Positions 40,384-51,083 of a DNA stretch of 64,000 nucleotides are shown piece after piece. This DNA is from an uncultured delta proteobacterium. GTDB lineage: Bacteria > Desulfobacterota > BSN033 > UBA1163. Both the position numbers and the translations under genes were made by a program. Position 1 is the first letter of the stretch, and each line of letters begins with the position of its first letter. The notes below the pieces were generated by a model that saw only the letters and a list, made by a program, of their open reading frames with translations, did not search any database and was not told where the DNA came from. The stretch lies in contig CAVPSJ010000017.1 of NCBI GenBank assembly GCA_963708295.1, positions 288,001 to 352,000 on the forward strand, given 5' to 3'.

Positions 40384-42750
40384 TTACGCTTTATACACCT
40401 TCACCCGTGTGTTAAAGAAAGCGGCCTGCCCGCTCAGGGTGTCGTAGTCGACCCCGAGAATGTCATTGGGATTGACCCCGATCCCTTTTTGCCACTTCCC
40501 ATAGGAGCTATGTCCCTGCCCCGAGGGAATCGCAACCACCTCCGGATGAACCCCTTCCGAGAGTTTGACTTTCGCCTTGATTTTCTGAAACGGCGACTCC
40601 ACCCATACCCACTGGCCATCCCGAAGTTTCAGGGAGGCTGCGGTCTCGCTGTTGATCTTGACCAGGGTCTCCCAGCCCACCCCATCCATGGGCAAGAAGA
40701 TCTCCTGCGCCCAGGGATAGTTCTGACTCCCATTCTCCACGACCATCAAGGGTTGGTAGGGGAGAAGGACCAGAGGGTATTTGTCTTTTTCCCCTAAGAA
40801 TTTCGGCTCCCCGGAGTGAGGCAGATAGTCCAACTCCCCCTCTTTGCCCATCTTTGTCCGGGCAAGCAGTTGCTTCAGGTTTCCCGAGGAGAATTCAAAT
40901 TTCCTCGAAGGCGTCTGAAAGATCCGAGGATATTTATGGTATTCGTAGTCTTTTCCTACCCAGACTCCCCTCTCAAGAAATTCTTTCCAGGGAATCAGCG
41001 CCTCCATCCGAAACTTAACGAATCCTTCCGCAGTATCCCCTATGTTAGTAAAGGATTGGGCGATACTTCCGTTCATTCCCTTTGCTACCTGAAAGAGGAT
41101 GTCCACGACAGACCTTGCGCTGCCATGAGGCTTAACCACGGGCTGTTTTATCTTCACCTCTGCAAAACCCGACCCTGAAGGCGAGTGATCGTAACCCCAT
41201 TCTTCCAGGTAGGTCGTGCAAGGCAAGATCAGGTCAGCATAGAGCGCCATCTCGCTGACAAAGGGAGAGATATGAACATAGTAAGGAAGTTTCTTCAATG
41301 CCTTATCCCATCGGTCCGTCCCGGGGGCTGACAGATTGAAGTTGCTGTTGAACCCGATGGCCATCTCAATAGGATAGGGAGTATTTTGTAGGATGGATTC
41401 CGGAATCTGATTGGTCACAACTTTTGCCCCAGGGAATTTGTCCGTCCCCCGAAGATCGATGATAGGCTTGGCCTTGCCTTTTTTCGCGATCTCATCTTCT
41501 GTGAGTCGCGGCAGGTCATTGTAGTTGACATTTTCCTGATAAAGGACCCCTCCCGGAACATCGATGCTCCCCACCAAAGCGTTCAAACAGTATATCGCGT
41601 AGCTCGCAAAAGACCCTTCAGGCCGGTTGATCGATTCCTGACCCCGGATGGCAAGGGCCGGCCGCGTCCGGGCAAATTCTCTCGCAATCCGGCGGATGCT
41701 CTCAGCTGAGATCCCCGTGACCTTCGACACATCCTCCGGGCTGTATTGACCCAGCGCCAGTTTCTTATAGGCTTCAAACCCCACGGTCCAGTCTCTCACG
41801 AAGGTTTTGTCAATAAGCTCTTCGCTCAGGATCACATGAGCCATCCCCATCGCCAATGCCCCGTCCGTACCCGGGTTGATGGGCAGCCACTCATCCCCTC
41901 TGGCTGCCGTCAGGGAGTACCTCGGATTGATGACGACGATCTTCGTGCGATTGGGCTTTTCCCGCCTGATTTTTCCCCATTTCCTCAAGTATCGAGACAA
42001 GGGCCTGGACGACTCCAGAAGGTCAGCCCCAAAGGCCAAGATGTAGTTGGTCTGATCCAGATCATAGGCCGTAGCGCTGTAGTGACCATCCGCCATCCAG
42101 TTGCCCGATTTCTCCGCCTCACCCTCGAGCCCTTCCCCCGAGATCAAATTGGGCGTCCCGAATGCTTCCCCAAACCGAATCATCATGTCCTGGCTGCTGA
42201 TGCTGTTGAGCCCGTAAAAGAGAAGAAGTTTGTTCGGCTCCCCCCCCTCTCGAAGTTTCTTTAACCGACCCGTGATCTCACCCAAGGCCTCCTCCCAACC
42301 CATAGGAACCCACTTCGGATCAACCCCCTTTCCTTTCTCCGGGTTGGTCCTTTTTAAGGGTGTGCCGATCCGCCCCGGATCGTAAAGCACCTGAAGCCCA
42401 ATGTGCCCCCGAGGACAGATCTTCCCGTCAGAGACTTTGGAAAGCCGATTCCCGCTGATCCGGACCGCCTTCCCATTGACCACCCTGACCCGGATCCCGC
42501 AACGGGCCTGGCAGTTTAAACAAGAAGAAACAACCCATTTTTCTTTGACAACGCCCGGGCTCTTTGAGACCAGGGGCTCGGCGGAATGGGTCTCCAATGG
42601 ACCCAGGACCTTCCCCGCTCCCACGGCTGCACCGCCCAAAGCCGATATCTTCAGAAATGTCCTCCTATCGATGGTCAACTTTTTTTGCTCCTTCTGTCCC
42701 GCTCCCAACCGACCGCTCTTTTTCATCGCCTCTACCCCGATTTGTTCCAA
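40384..42750 (-). CDS. Tat-exported DMSO-reductase-family subunit, ArrA/PsrA-like
   Basis: DRRTFLK; CLNCQARC...C; GKICPRGH..LQVLYDP.R..PLKRTNP.KG..DPKWVP..W.EAL; start may be MKKSG. Confidence 0.88.
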   Translation of the reverse strand: MEQIGVEAMKKSGRLGAGQKEQKKLTIDRRTFLKISALGGAAVGAGKVLGPLETHSAEPLVSKSPGVVKEKWVVSSCLNCQARCGIRVRVVNGKAVRISGNRLSKVSDGKICPRGHIGLQVLYDPGRIGTPLKRTNPEKGKGVDPKWVPMGWEEALGEITGRLKKLREGGEPNKLLLFYGLNSISSQDMMIRFGEAFGTPNLISGEGLEGEAEKSGNWMADGHYSATAYDLDQTNYILAFGADLLESSRPLSRYLRKWGKIRREKPNRTKIVVINPRYSLTAARGDEWLPINPGTDGALAMGMAHVILSEELIDKTFVRDWTVGFEAYKKLALGQYSPEDVSKVTGISAESIRRIAREFARTRPALAIRGQESINRPEGSFASYAIYCLNALVGSIDVPGGVLYQENVNYNDLPRLTEDEIAKKGKAKPIIDLRGTDKFPGAKVVTNQIPESILQNTPYPIEMAIGFNSNFNLSAPGTDRWDKALKKLPYYVHISPFVSEMALYADLILPCTTYLEEWGYDHSPSGSGFAEVKIKQPVVKPHGSARSVVDILFQVAKGMNGSIAQSFTNIGDTAEGFVKFRMEALIPWKEFLERGVWVGKDYEYHKYPRIFQTPSRKFEFSSGNLKQLLARTKMGKEGELDYLPHSGEPKFLGEKDKYPLVLLPYQPLMVVENGSQNYPWAQEIFLPMDGVGWETLVKINSETAASLKLRDGQWVWVESPFQKIKAKVKLSEGVHPEVVAIPSGQGHSSYGKWQKGIGVNPNDILGVDYDTLSGQAAFFNTRVKVYKA

Positions 42751-42992
42751 AAACCAACTCGCATCCCACTCAAAAAAGGTTTGCGCTTTATTTCACGAGT
42801 TGACTATATGAAAGGGGAAATAGTTTGTCAAGGAAAATCGACCGCAGAATTGCCTCAAATTAGATGTTACGGGTGTCCACCTCTACGAACTCGACCGATT
42901 GACTCCTGATCTGTTAACCGAAATATGTTATTCTAAGCAATGCTCTTTTTCTCCTTTGCAGTTTTGAAGGGAAAAGGATAGGAGATCGATTA

Positions 42993-43604
42993 GTGAACTT
43001 TCTTGCCCACCTGTTTCTCTCCGGCGACGCTTCGGAACTCCTCGTTGGAAATCTCATGGGTGATTTTGTCAAAGGGAGGCTGGACGGGCGTTTCCCGCCT
43101 GGCATTGAACGGGGGATTTTACTGCACCGAGAAATTGATTCCTTCACAGGCCAGAACCGGCACTTTCTTCTCAGCAAGCGGCGGCTCGATAAATCCTTCG
43201 GCCTTTACCGGGGAGTGTTGGTCGATCTTTTCTATGACCACTTTCTTGCAGCACACTGGGAGGATTATGCGGACGTGCCTCTCTCTCTCTTTATATCAGA
43301 CGCCTGGCGGGTTCTTTGCGAGCACAAGGAATTTCTCCCGGATAGACTGCAGCGCATCATGCCGTTTATGTTCAGGGATTGGCTGCCGTCGTATGGCGAC
43401 ATTGGGGGTATAGCTACAGTCCTGCACAGGATATCTTGTTTCAGGCTTAAAAGAGCAAACCGTCTCGGGGAAGGGGCCGAAGCATTGAGCAGGCATTACG
43501 CGGAACTTTACAGGGACTTCCGGGAGTTTTTTCCTGAATTGCTTGCCTTCTCAGAGGTTCGGAACACGCCCCCCACAAATTCTAGCTCCCTTACCCCTGC
43601 ATGA
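42993..43604 (+). CDS. acpH: Acyl carrier protein phosphodiesterase
   Basis: MNFLAHLFLS, GNLMGDFVKG, LHREIDSFT, DLFYDHFLA. Confidence 0.92.
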   Translation: MNFLAHLFLSGDASELLVGNLMGDFVKGRLDGRFPPGIERGILLHREIDSFTGQNRHFLLSKRRLDKSFGLYRGVLVDLFYDHFLAAHWEDYADVPLSLFISDAWRVLCEHKEFLPDRLQRIMPFMFRDWLPSYGDIGGIATVLHRISCFRLKRANRLGEGAEALSRHYAELYRDFREFFPELLAFSEVRNTPPTNSSSLTPA

Positions 43605-43945
43605 CGAACAATCCCAGGAGTATGATGGGCCTTATTAAAGAAAACCGGCAGCGAGAACTTCCACTTTCATCAAGAACCTGTAAGTCAGCGGACGTCCTGA
43701 GAACTCGTCCTATACGATTGCGTCGTACGTTGCTCGGCTGTTTTAGACCTCCCGATTCGAAATCCTTATCGTTGAGAGGAACTGCATAACTGTCTCAAAC
43801 ATATGGACTGGTTATTTGGCAGAGAATGAGAGAATATCATACCGGTCGGAGCGCAATCTCGGACACCGAAATTGCGATATTGCAAGCCTGCCCGGAAAGC
43901 TTTATCCTTAAAAAGAGATCCTTGGGTGTTCCTCTTTCCTATGCG

Positions 43946-44692
43946 ATGACAACGGACCCTTTTTCCATTTCAATCCTCTCGGCGGGCAGAGGCTGGCTCG
44001 TGGTTGAGAAGCCCTCCGGGCTGAGCATCCAGGAGAAGCAGGGGCAGGGCCTTTGTTCCGTCCTTCAGTCTCGGATCAATACCGACCCGGACCTCAGGAA
44101 CAAGATCGACTGTGATCCCGGGTTCGGGATTCTTCCCGTCCACCGCCTTGACCGGGAGACGAGCGGCGTTATCCTCCTAGCCTGCCAGCCCGCGACCTTC
44201 AGCTACCTCGCCATGCAATTCGAACACCACAAGGTCCGGAAGCGCTATATCGCCCTCCTCCACGGAGACCTCCCCGAGCCTGCCGGGGAAGATGGCTGGG
44301 GGCTCTGGACTTGGCCCCTGTCTAAGGAGGCGGGGGGCCGGTTACATCCAGAGGGCCGCCCCGGGGCGGTCCCGTCCGAGACCCGCTTCCGGGTCCTTCG
44401 GAGAAACGCCCATTACACCCTCATTGAGTGCGACCTTTTGACCGGCCGCAAGCATCAGATCCGGCGTCACGCCCGGCTTGCGGGTCATGCCGTGGTGGGC
44501 GATACGCGGTACGGCACATCCCGGTCCCTCAAGTTCCTACGCGAGGAGATGGGTTTTATCCGACTCGCCCTCCATTCCTTATCCCTTCAGGTCCAGTTAC
44601 CCGGAGCGGCGGCACCCCAAGTGTTCCAATCCCCGGCCATTCCCCCGGAGATTCTCCGTCTTCTGGGGCAAGACCAGGAATCTGAAACCTGA
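43946..44692 (+). CDS. RluA-family RNA pseudouridine synthase (copy 1)
   Basis: KPSGL, VHRLDRETSG, LLTGRKHQIR, VVGDTRYG, LALHS; start chosen at MTTDP. Confidence 0.9.
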   Translation: MTTDPFSISILSAGRGWLVVEKPSGLSIQEKQGQGLCSVLQSRINTDPDLRNKIDCDPGFGILPVHRLDRETSGVILLACQPATFSYLAMQFEHHKVRKRYIALLHGDLPEPAGEDGWGLWTWPLSKEAGGRLHPEGRPGAVPSETRFRVLRRNAHYTLIECDLLTGRKHQIRRHARLAGHAVVGDTRYGTSRSLKFLREEMGFIRLALHSLSLQVQLPGAAAPQVFQSPAIPPEILRLLGQDQESET

Positions 44693-44816
44693 CTTAGTCC
44701 GACCCCCGGTGCCCTCAGACCGCCTTGGCGTATTTATGATTTTTGGACGTTATATGATCCCTCTCAATACAAAAAAAAGGGTTAAGCGGAATCGCCTAAC
44801 CCCTGGATGATTAAAG

Positions 44817-44861
44817 TGCCGGGTCGCGGAATCGAACCACGCACACGAGGATTGTCAGTCC
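44817..44861 (-). repeat. Duplicated 3' half of tRNA-Phe (att-like site)
   Basis: Matches 50904-50948 with two mismatches; the 5' half is absent. Confidence 0.85.
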
Positions 44862-44897
44862 AGCCAGCACAAATTGTGCCAGCACGAAAGTTAGTAC

Positions 44898-47324
44898 TTA
44901 AAGGTCATTCTGCATTGAATAGCCGATGGCTTCATAGCCCTTAACTCGTTTCTTGTACATCCGCATCAGCGTCGGGACGTGGATGTCGACGTAATCGTAA
45001 ACCTGCACCACCCGTTTGTTATCGTGAAGCCGGTGAAGGCGTCCCACGTACTGTTGGAGAGTACCGCGCCAGGAAATGGGCATGGCCAAAAAGAGGGTGT
45101 CCAGTCTGGCATCATCAAACCCCTCTCCAATATACCGTCCTGTGGACAGGATCACTCGTTCCTTTGAATCTGGCACGGCTTTAATTTGATCAGCCATCGC
45201 CTTGCGTTGTTTACTGCCCATCCCGCCCTTAAGAACGATGATATTCTGGGCGACACCCTTAAGTTGTTCGGCGAATTGCTCTAAGTGCTCAACCCGTTCC
45301 GTTAGAAGGAGGGGGGAACGTCCCATTTCTAAAGCTTTCAGCAGATCATTGAAGATCAATTCATTGCGATCCTTGTCAAGTACAAGGGCGGCATAGATAT
45401 CCTGGATTTTCACATCGGCTGATTCCGGGGCCATTCTAAAATTCGTGTGCCTTGTTATGACCACATGCTCGAATGGTCGCGCGGCTGCCTGCTTCTTCGC
45501 ACTTTCCCTGAAACGGATGGGACCACACTGCATTAAGATAATAGGGTGATGGCCATCCTTTCGGATCGGAGTTGCAGTGAGGCCCACAATGTACTTAGCT
45601 TTTACCTGTTTTAGAACCTGTTCAAAGGTAAAGGCAGGGATGTGGTGGCATTCGTCAACAATGATTTGACCATATTCGGCCACCATGTCTTTGACCTCCC
45701 CCTTGCGATTGAGGCTCTGGATGAGGCCTATGTCGATAGAACCGGTAACCTTCTTCTTGCCGCCACTCACCTGACCAATCTCTTCCAACGGCATCCCAAG
45801 GAATAAAGCCAATCGTTCGCGCCACTGGTCCATCAGTTGCCTGCGGTGGACCAACACCAGCGTATTGACTTTTCTATTTGCGATAAGCCATGCCGCTATC
45901 ACGGTCTTACCAAAAGCGGTTGGGGCGGACAGGATACCGTAGCCGTGAGTAAATAATTGCTGAGCAGCTTCCTGTTGCAGGGGCCGAAGTTCCCCCTTAA
46001 AAGTGACGTTGATTGAAGTGCCCCCGAAACGCTCGTCAGCCAGCTCTGGTTTGATATTGTGTGTTTTGATCAGCTCAAGTGCATCATCGAGGCAACCCCG
46101 TGGAAGGCCAATATAGGACGGGAAATCTTCCGCACAACCGATGATCCGGGGTTTGCCGAAAGTCGACAAGCGCATGGCCTGAGCCTTATAGAAGTCCGGG
46201 TTCTGAAAGGCAGCCAGCCGAATCAGACGGTTTAACATGGCAGGAGGCAACCCGTTCTTTTCAATATAGATCAGGTTGCCTTGGACTATTCGGACAGTCT
46301 CGGGGAACGGTCCTTGAATGGGTTTCTCCTTTTTCTTCTTTGAAGGCGGCAAAGTCCAGGGATCCTCCTCGATCCCATCATCGGCCAGGCTGATCCGGAC
46401 GCCAAGGATGGTTCCGTTTCGGGAAGCCTCCTGGACAATGGTTTCCACTTTCTCCAACTGGATTCTTTCAATTGCTGATAGAAATATCCACTGGTCGGGA
46501 TAGGGTTCGAACGCCTCATTCACGAAGACGCTATTGCCCTTCTCTGCGGGAACTCGTTGTAAAGGAAGAGCGATGAGATTCCCAAACCCACCCTTTGGCA
46601 TCGTATCCTGACTTGGAAAGAAACGATCATAAGAATCCAGACCGATTTGATGGCGTCGTTCCATTGAACGTGTCAAGATGGCACAACCAAATTTCCGAGC
46701 CAGGGAAGCCGAGACCGGGCGGTCAAAGAACATCCAGACATGCCCTCCCTTCCCTGATCTCGAACGTTCCAGTGCTGCGGAAACCCCTATCTCACCACAG
46801 GTTCTAAGAAAAACAGCCACATCCTCTTGCCAGGATTTCTTATCGAAATCGACAGCCAAAAACCAGCAGGTTTCATCCGGCAAGAGCGGGTAAACCCCGA
46901 CCGTGTGTTTTCCAAGCAGATGGCCACGAATCACTTCATCGGTGACCGGCTTGAGATCTCGATTTTCACAGTCGGAACATTTCACCATGGGTTTGCGACA
47001 AAAGGGACGGTTCCATTCGTTTGCACAAGCAGGTGAGTAGCCGGAATTTCCTTTTCTCCCTTCCCATCTGACTGGATAAGCGTCTTCACGCCCACGGAAC
47101 AGGGAACGAAAAAGAGCAATCTGGGTTTCTATTGGAGAGTCATTGGTAACTTGATTTGCAGAGGTATATGGCGTGGATGGTTCTGATACAATTGGTTTGG
47201 GTGTTGGCGTACGATCTTCAGGATGTAAACCGAGTAGCTTCTTTAGCCGTTCATTTTCCTCCCTCAAAGAAGCACATTCTTTCAATGCTTCTTGGAGTTG
47301 GTCTTTCAAGGTCTTCGGGATCAA
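44898..47324 (-). CDS. AEP primase-like domain fused to SF2 DEAD/DEAH helicase (TOTE-associated type)
   Basis: FRSLFRGRED, FLAVDFD, ERSRSGKGGHVW, GNLIALPLQ; APTAFGKT, DECHH, GLTATP, QQYVGRL. Confidence 0.85.
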   Translation of the reverse strand: MIPKTLKDQLQEALKECASLREENERLKKLLGLHPEDRTPTPKPIVSEPSTPYTSANQVTNDSPIETQIALFRSLFRGREDAYPVRWEGRKGNSGYSPACANEWNRPFCRKPMVKCSDCENRDLKPVTDEVIRGHLLGKHTVGVYPLLPDETCWFLAVDFDKKSWQEDVAVFLRTCGEIGVSAALERSRSGKGGHVWMFFDRPVSASLARKFGCAILTRSMERRHQIGLDSYDRFFPSQDTMPKGGFGNLIALPLQRVPAEKGNSVFVNEAFEPYPDQWIFLSAIERIQLEKVETIVQEASRNGTILGVRISLADDGIEEDPWTLPPSKKKKEKPIQGPFPETVRIVQGNLIYIEKNGLPPAMLNRLIRLAAFQNPDFYKAQAMRLSTFGKPRIIGCAEDFPSYIGLPRGCLDDALELIKTHNIKPELADERFGGTSINVTFKGELRPLQQEAAQQLFTHGYGILSAPTAFGKTVIAAWLIANRKVNTLVLVHRRQLMDQWRERLALFLGMPLEEIGQVSGGKKKVTGSIDIGLIQSLNRKGEVKDMVAEYGQIIVDECHHIPAFTFEQVLKQVKAKYIVGLTATPIRKDGHHPIILMQCGPIRFRESAKKQAAARPFEHVVITRHTNFRMAPESADVKIQDIYAALVLDKDRNELIFNDLLKALEMGRSPLLLTERVEHLEQFAEQLKGVAQNIIVLKGGMGSKQRKAMADQIKAVPDSKERVILSTGRYIGEGFDDARLDTLFLAMPISWRGTLQQYVGRLHRLHDNKRVVQVYDYVDIHVPTLMRMYKKRVKGYEAIGYSMQNDL

Positions 47325-47371
47325 TCATAGCCGTCCACATCACCCTTCATAAGTTTTGCCACGCTTCGTCC

Positions 47372-47719
47372 TCATCTCCATCGAGCCCATCGCCGGTAGG
47401 CATCGATCCATTCCGCCCCTTTCGGTTTTGGCTCCGGAAGCGGTAAGTCGATGACAGGGACCCTCAGCCTTTCGCGACCGCGCCGACAGACCGCCACGAT
47501 CTCACCAGCTTTGTTCAAATCGACTCGCTCCACCGTAACCTCTACCCCAAGCAGTTTCGTTGCGAACGGGACCGCCAGGTTTTCTTCCAGCATTGTGAAG
47601 ATGCCAGTGACCTCCTCGGACTCGTTGTAGCAGTCCACCGTGGCTTCCTCAATCAACTTGTCAAGATGGGCCGTGCTGGATCGATGCAGCGCTTTTTCTG
47701 GAACCACCTTGTTTCGCAT
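47372..47719 (-). CDS. Small protein, CcbP/'calcium-binding'-like family
   Basis: LIEEATVDCYNESE, PF...LG..V.V, WIDAYRRW. Confidence 0.65.
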   Translation of the reverse strand: MRNKVVPEKALHRSSTAHLDKLIEEATVDCYNESEEVTGIFTMLEENLAVPFATKLLGVEVTVERVDLNKAGEIVAVCRRGRERLRVPVIDLPLPEPKPKGAEWIDAYRRWARWR

Positions 47720-47976
47720 TCTTCGGAACCTTTGGCATATTACCCCCTACCCCACCCCCATGAGTCGTCATACCGGGTCTTCCTGTCCATGTCTCCTTCG
47801 GTCATAGATTCTCTCTGCCCCGCATACACCCATGTCCCGAAAAATTTTTGGGGTGTTCATAAGGGACTCCTCCCCAAAATTTTTTGGGGTTCCCCGGCTA
47901 TTATCCGGTCCATGGTCCTGGGGCCTTCCACGGTGCCTTATCAATCCGTGTATGGCAGGGTTACTCCCCTCTTCGA

Positions 47977-48330
47977 TCATCCTTTGTTTAGTTCTTTCAT
48001 CAAGGCAGCAACTTCCTCTCGGAGGGAAGGCAGGTTGGCTTCAAGAATCCCCCAAACGACATCGTCGGCAACCGAAGAATAGCCATGGATAAGACGATTG
48101 CGGAAGGCAATGATTCGCCCTGCATCGCTTATTCTGGAACGTAGACTCGGATCAAGGCGGAGCAGTTGGGCAAGCGCCTCTCCAATGATCTCAAATTGAC
48201 GTTCGACAGCAGAGCGGAGCATGGGGTCGGCAGAATAATCCGAGAAGGTTCTTCCGGCGGTGAATCGGATCAGTAATTCACAGGCCTCGTTAATGTCGAA
48301 AAGATATTTCTGGATCTCAAGCTGCTTCAT
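47977..48330 (-). CDS. HEPN (DUF86/HepT-like) RNase toxin
   Basis: AVERQFEIIGEA, RNRLIHGY (Rx4HxY); start overlaps the upstream MNT gene. Confidence 0.9.
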   Translation of the reverse strand: MKQLEIQKYLFDINEACELLIRFTAGRTFSDYSADPMLRSAVERQFEIIGEALAQLLRLDPSLRSRISDAGRIIAFRNRLIHGYSSVADDVVWGILEANLPSLREEVAALMKELNKG

Positions 48331-48628
48331 AAAGGACTTCTTCAGTTTCTGCAACCGCTTGTCTGAAAAACGGATTGCGAATGGGTGCCAATTCTACGAG
48401 ATCGACGGGTACCTGAAAGAGCTTCTGAAGATCTTCCATGAGGCCGAAGTAGTTGTCAGCATGTTGGACAGGGGACATCGGCTTGAATTCAACAATGAGA
48501 TCAAGATCGCTTGACGAACGATCAAATGAATCAGTCGCCGCTGATCCGAATAAGGCAAGACGACGAACTCCACGATTTTTGCACAGGTCCACCATATCTT
48601 TGAGCTTCTCTTGGACAACTCGGTTCAT
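48317..48628 (-). CDS. Minimal nucleotidyltransferase (MNT) antitoxin
   Basis: LFGSAA...SDLDLIVEF, VDLV. Confidence 0.9.
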   Translation of the reverse strand: MNRVVQEKLKDMVDLCKNRGVRRLALFGSAATDSFDRSSSDLDLIVEFKPMSPVQHADNYFGLMEDLQKLFQVPVDLVELAPIRNPFFRQAVAETEEVLYEAA

Positions 48629-48803
48629 CTGAACTCCCGCCCTCGAAATCGGATTTGGCAGAAGGATTAATTACCAGTTCAATTATAGGAAAGAGAAAGC
48701 ACTCAAAACAACAAGAAATATTTCTCGGAGCATCTTCGTTGGCCGCCTGTTTCCCAGCCTTCAATACGATCGCGAATAATCGGCCATGTTCGGGATCGTT
48801 TTG

Positions 48804-49439
48804 TCACAGCAGCGCCTCAAGATACGGACGTATCACTTTTTCAACCCTGCACACTCGCGCGAATTGCATGAGCTCTTCAGATTTAAAGCGCTTCTTTTCA
48901 CGGTAGAGCTTAAGTGCCTCAATGGCCGTATCGAGGCCGATCTTATTTCGATACTTGAAGCAATCGGCGATTGTTTTCTCTGGACTATAGATGCGAACTG
49001 GAACACCGTCTATTTTGTGTGTTTGGATTCCATGGGTGAAGGCTTGCCCTGAAAACCAGAAGATTCGAATGGGAGGATGAGTAAGCCTGGGAGCTTCTGT
49101 TCCTCGCTCCAGTGCTACATAAACCTCGTGAGGGACTTGAGTGGTGATTTCATGGTATGCCAGAGCAGAAATGAGACAAATTACACCATTCGGTATCTTC
49201 AGGGAGACTGATACCAGGTCGGGATTACCGAGTGGTGGCAGATCCGCAAGCCGATAGAGACCCCGGCCAAGTTTTTCTATAACACCAGCTTCCAGCATGG
49301 TGTAAAGCATTCTGCGGTGAATGTTGGCTTTGAGGGCTTCACTCATTCGCAGCACGCCCCCATGATGCCGAAAAACTTTTTCTGCCTTTTCGAACTGTCC
49401 CTGGTTCACCATGCTGACCTGACTCCTGAATTGATACAA
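48804..49439 (-). CDS. Type IV TA AbiEi-family antitoxin
   Basis: LGRGLY, ICLISALAYHEITTQVP, YSPEKTIADCFKYRNKIG. Confidence 0.88.
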   Translation of the reverse strand: MYQFRSQVSMVNQGQFEKAEKVFRHHGGVLRMSEALKANIHRRMLYTMLEAGVIEKLGRGLYRLADLPPLGNPDLVSVSLKIPNGVICLISALAYHEITTQVPHEVYVALERGTEAPRLTHPPIRIFWFSGQAFTHGIQTHKIDGVPVRIYSPEKTIADCFKYRNKIGLDTAIEALKLYREKKRFKSEELMQFARVCRVEKVIRPYLEALL

Positions 49440-49584
49440 AACACTTACACTTATTGATATTTGCAGGTATTATGTCTCTAACCTGGAAAATTGTCAATCA
49501 AAAACGACACCCTGTGGTTTACAAAAATGGTTATTTCTTGCCTTTGGGTAATGAAATTCCGATATTTTTAAACTTCACGAGGAA

Positions 49585-49770
49585 ATGACACAGGAGGAAA
49601 GGCGGTTTATCGTATCCGTTAAAGAGGGAAAACCCCAGTGGGATTTGTTTGGGGTGTCCGGAATCGAGAATCTACCTGGTGTTCGATGGAAGGTTCAAAA
49701 CATACACCGAATGACGCCAATGAAACACCGGGAGGCACTACGAAAACTCCGGGACTACCTTAGCGTATAG
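49585..49770 (+). pseudogene. C-terminal fragment of an AbiEii/AbiGii-like nucleotidyltransferase
   Basis: ERRFIVSVKEGKPQWDL...LPGVRWKVQNI resembles the C-terminus of that family (from memory). Confidence 0.55.
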
Positions 49771-49938
49771 CCATCATGTTTGACGCTTCCAGTTCCACCC
49801 TAATTAAACGTGCCAGAAAATTAGATACTTCATACTGATATGAGCGCAGTCTTGGACACCGAATTTGCGATATTGCAAGCCTGGCGAGAAAGCCTTACTC
49901 TTAAAAGGACATCTTTGGGTGTCCCTCTTTCTAATGTG

Positions 49939-50689
49939 ATGACAACGGACCCTTTTTCCATTTCAATCCTCTCAGCGGGCAGAGGCTGGCTCGTGGTTGA
50001 GAAGCCCTCCGGGCTGAGCATCCAGGAGAAGCAGGGGCAGGGCCTTCTGTTCCGTCCTTCAGTCTCGGATCAATACCGACCCGGACCTCAGGAACAAGAT
50101 CGACTGTGATCCCGGGTTCGGTGTTCATCCCGTCCACCGCCTTGACCGGGAGACGAGCGGCGTTATCCTCCTGGCTTGCCAGCCCGCGACCTTCAGCTAC
50201 CTCGCCATGCAATTCGAACACCACAAGGTCCGGAAGCACTATATCGCCCTCCTCCACGGAGATCTCCCCGAGCCTGCCGGGGAAGATGGCTGGGGACGCT
50301 GGACTTGGCCCCTGTCTAAGGAGGCGGGGGGCCGCTTACATCCCGAGGGCCGCCCCGGGGCGGTCCCATCCGAAACCCGCTTCCGGGTCATTCGGAGAAG
50401 CGCCCATTACACCCTCATTGAGTGCGACCTTTTGACCGGCCGCAAGCATCAGATCCGGCGTCACGCCCGGCTTGCGGGTCATGCCGTGGTGGGCGATACG
50501 CGGTACGGCACATCCCGGTCCCTCAAGTTCCTACGCGAGGAGATGGGATTTGTCCGACTCGCCCTCCATTCCTTATCCCTTCAGGTCCAGCTACCCGGAG
50601 AGGCGGCACCCCAGGTGTTCCAATCCCCAGCCATTCCCCCGGAGATTCTCCGTCTTCTGGAGGAAGGCCAGGGATCTGAAGAAGGGTGA
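49939..50689 (+). CDS. RluA-family pseudouridine synthase (copy 2), +1 frameshift near 50046
   Basis: Near-identical to 43946-44692; GGCCTTCTGTTCC versus GGCCTTTGTTCC in copy 1. Confidence 0.85.
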
Positions 50690-50903
50690 TCCTTCCCGGC
50701 CAAGGTCAAAGTTCAGATCTCATCTTCACCTTTCATCGGCGATTTCATTAACTTGACTTGGTCCTACCCTCGAAGGGCCCTCCAGACTGCCTTGGCTTAT
50801 AGTTTATCTCCCATAGAGAAACTTATGATTTTATGGACGTTATATATCCCTCTCAATCAAAAAAAGGGGTTAAGCGAATCGCCTAACCCCTTGATATTAA
50901 AAG

Positions 50904-50976
<73 letters not shown>

Positions 50977-51083
50977 ATCCTAAGTAACAAGAATTTTATA
51001 TTACAACCCTCTTCGATGTGTCAAGAGTTAATTCAGGCACTGGACTTTAGACTATCAGACGCAGGAATTTTCTGAACCATCGC

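Noticed and set aside
40316-40385. AGGTTT/AACCTT hexamer runs (similar short runs at ~7770 and 57320-57350)
   Set aside because: Short low-complexity intergenic repeats with no spacers or associated gene; not interpretable further.
44817-44861. Second functional tRNA
   Set aside because: Only the 3' half is present, with a mutated anticodon loop; it is an att-like duplication.
47835-47892. Paired CCC(G/C)AAAATTTTTGGGG palindromes
   Set aside because: Only two short units, with no further structure or linked gene.
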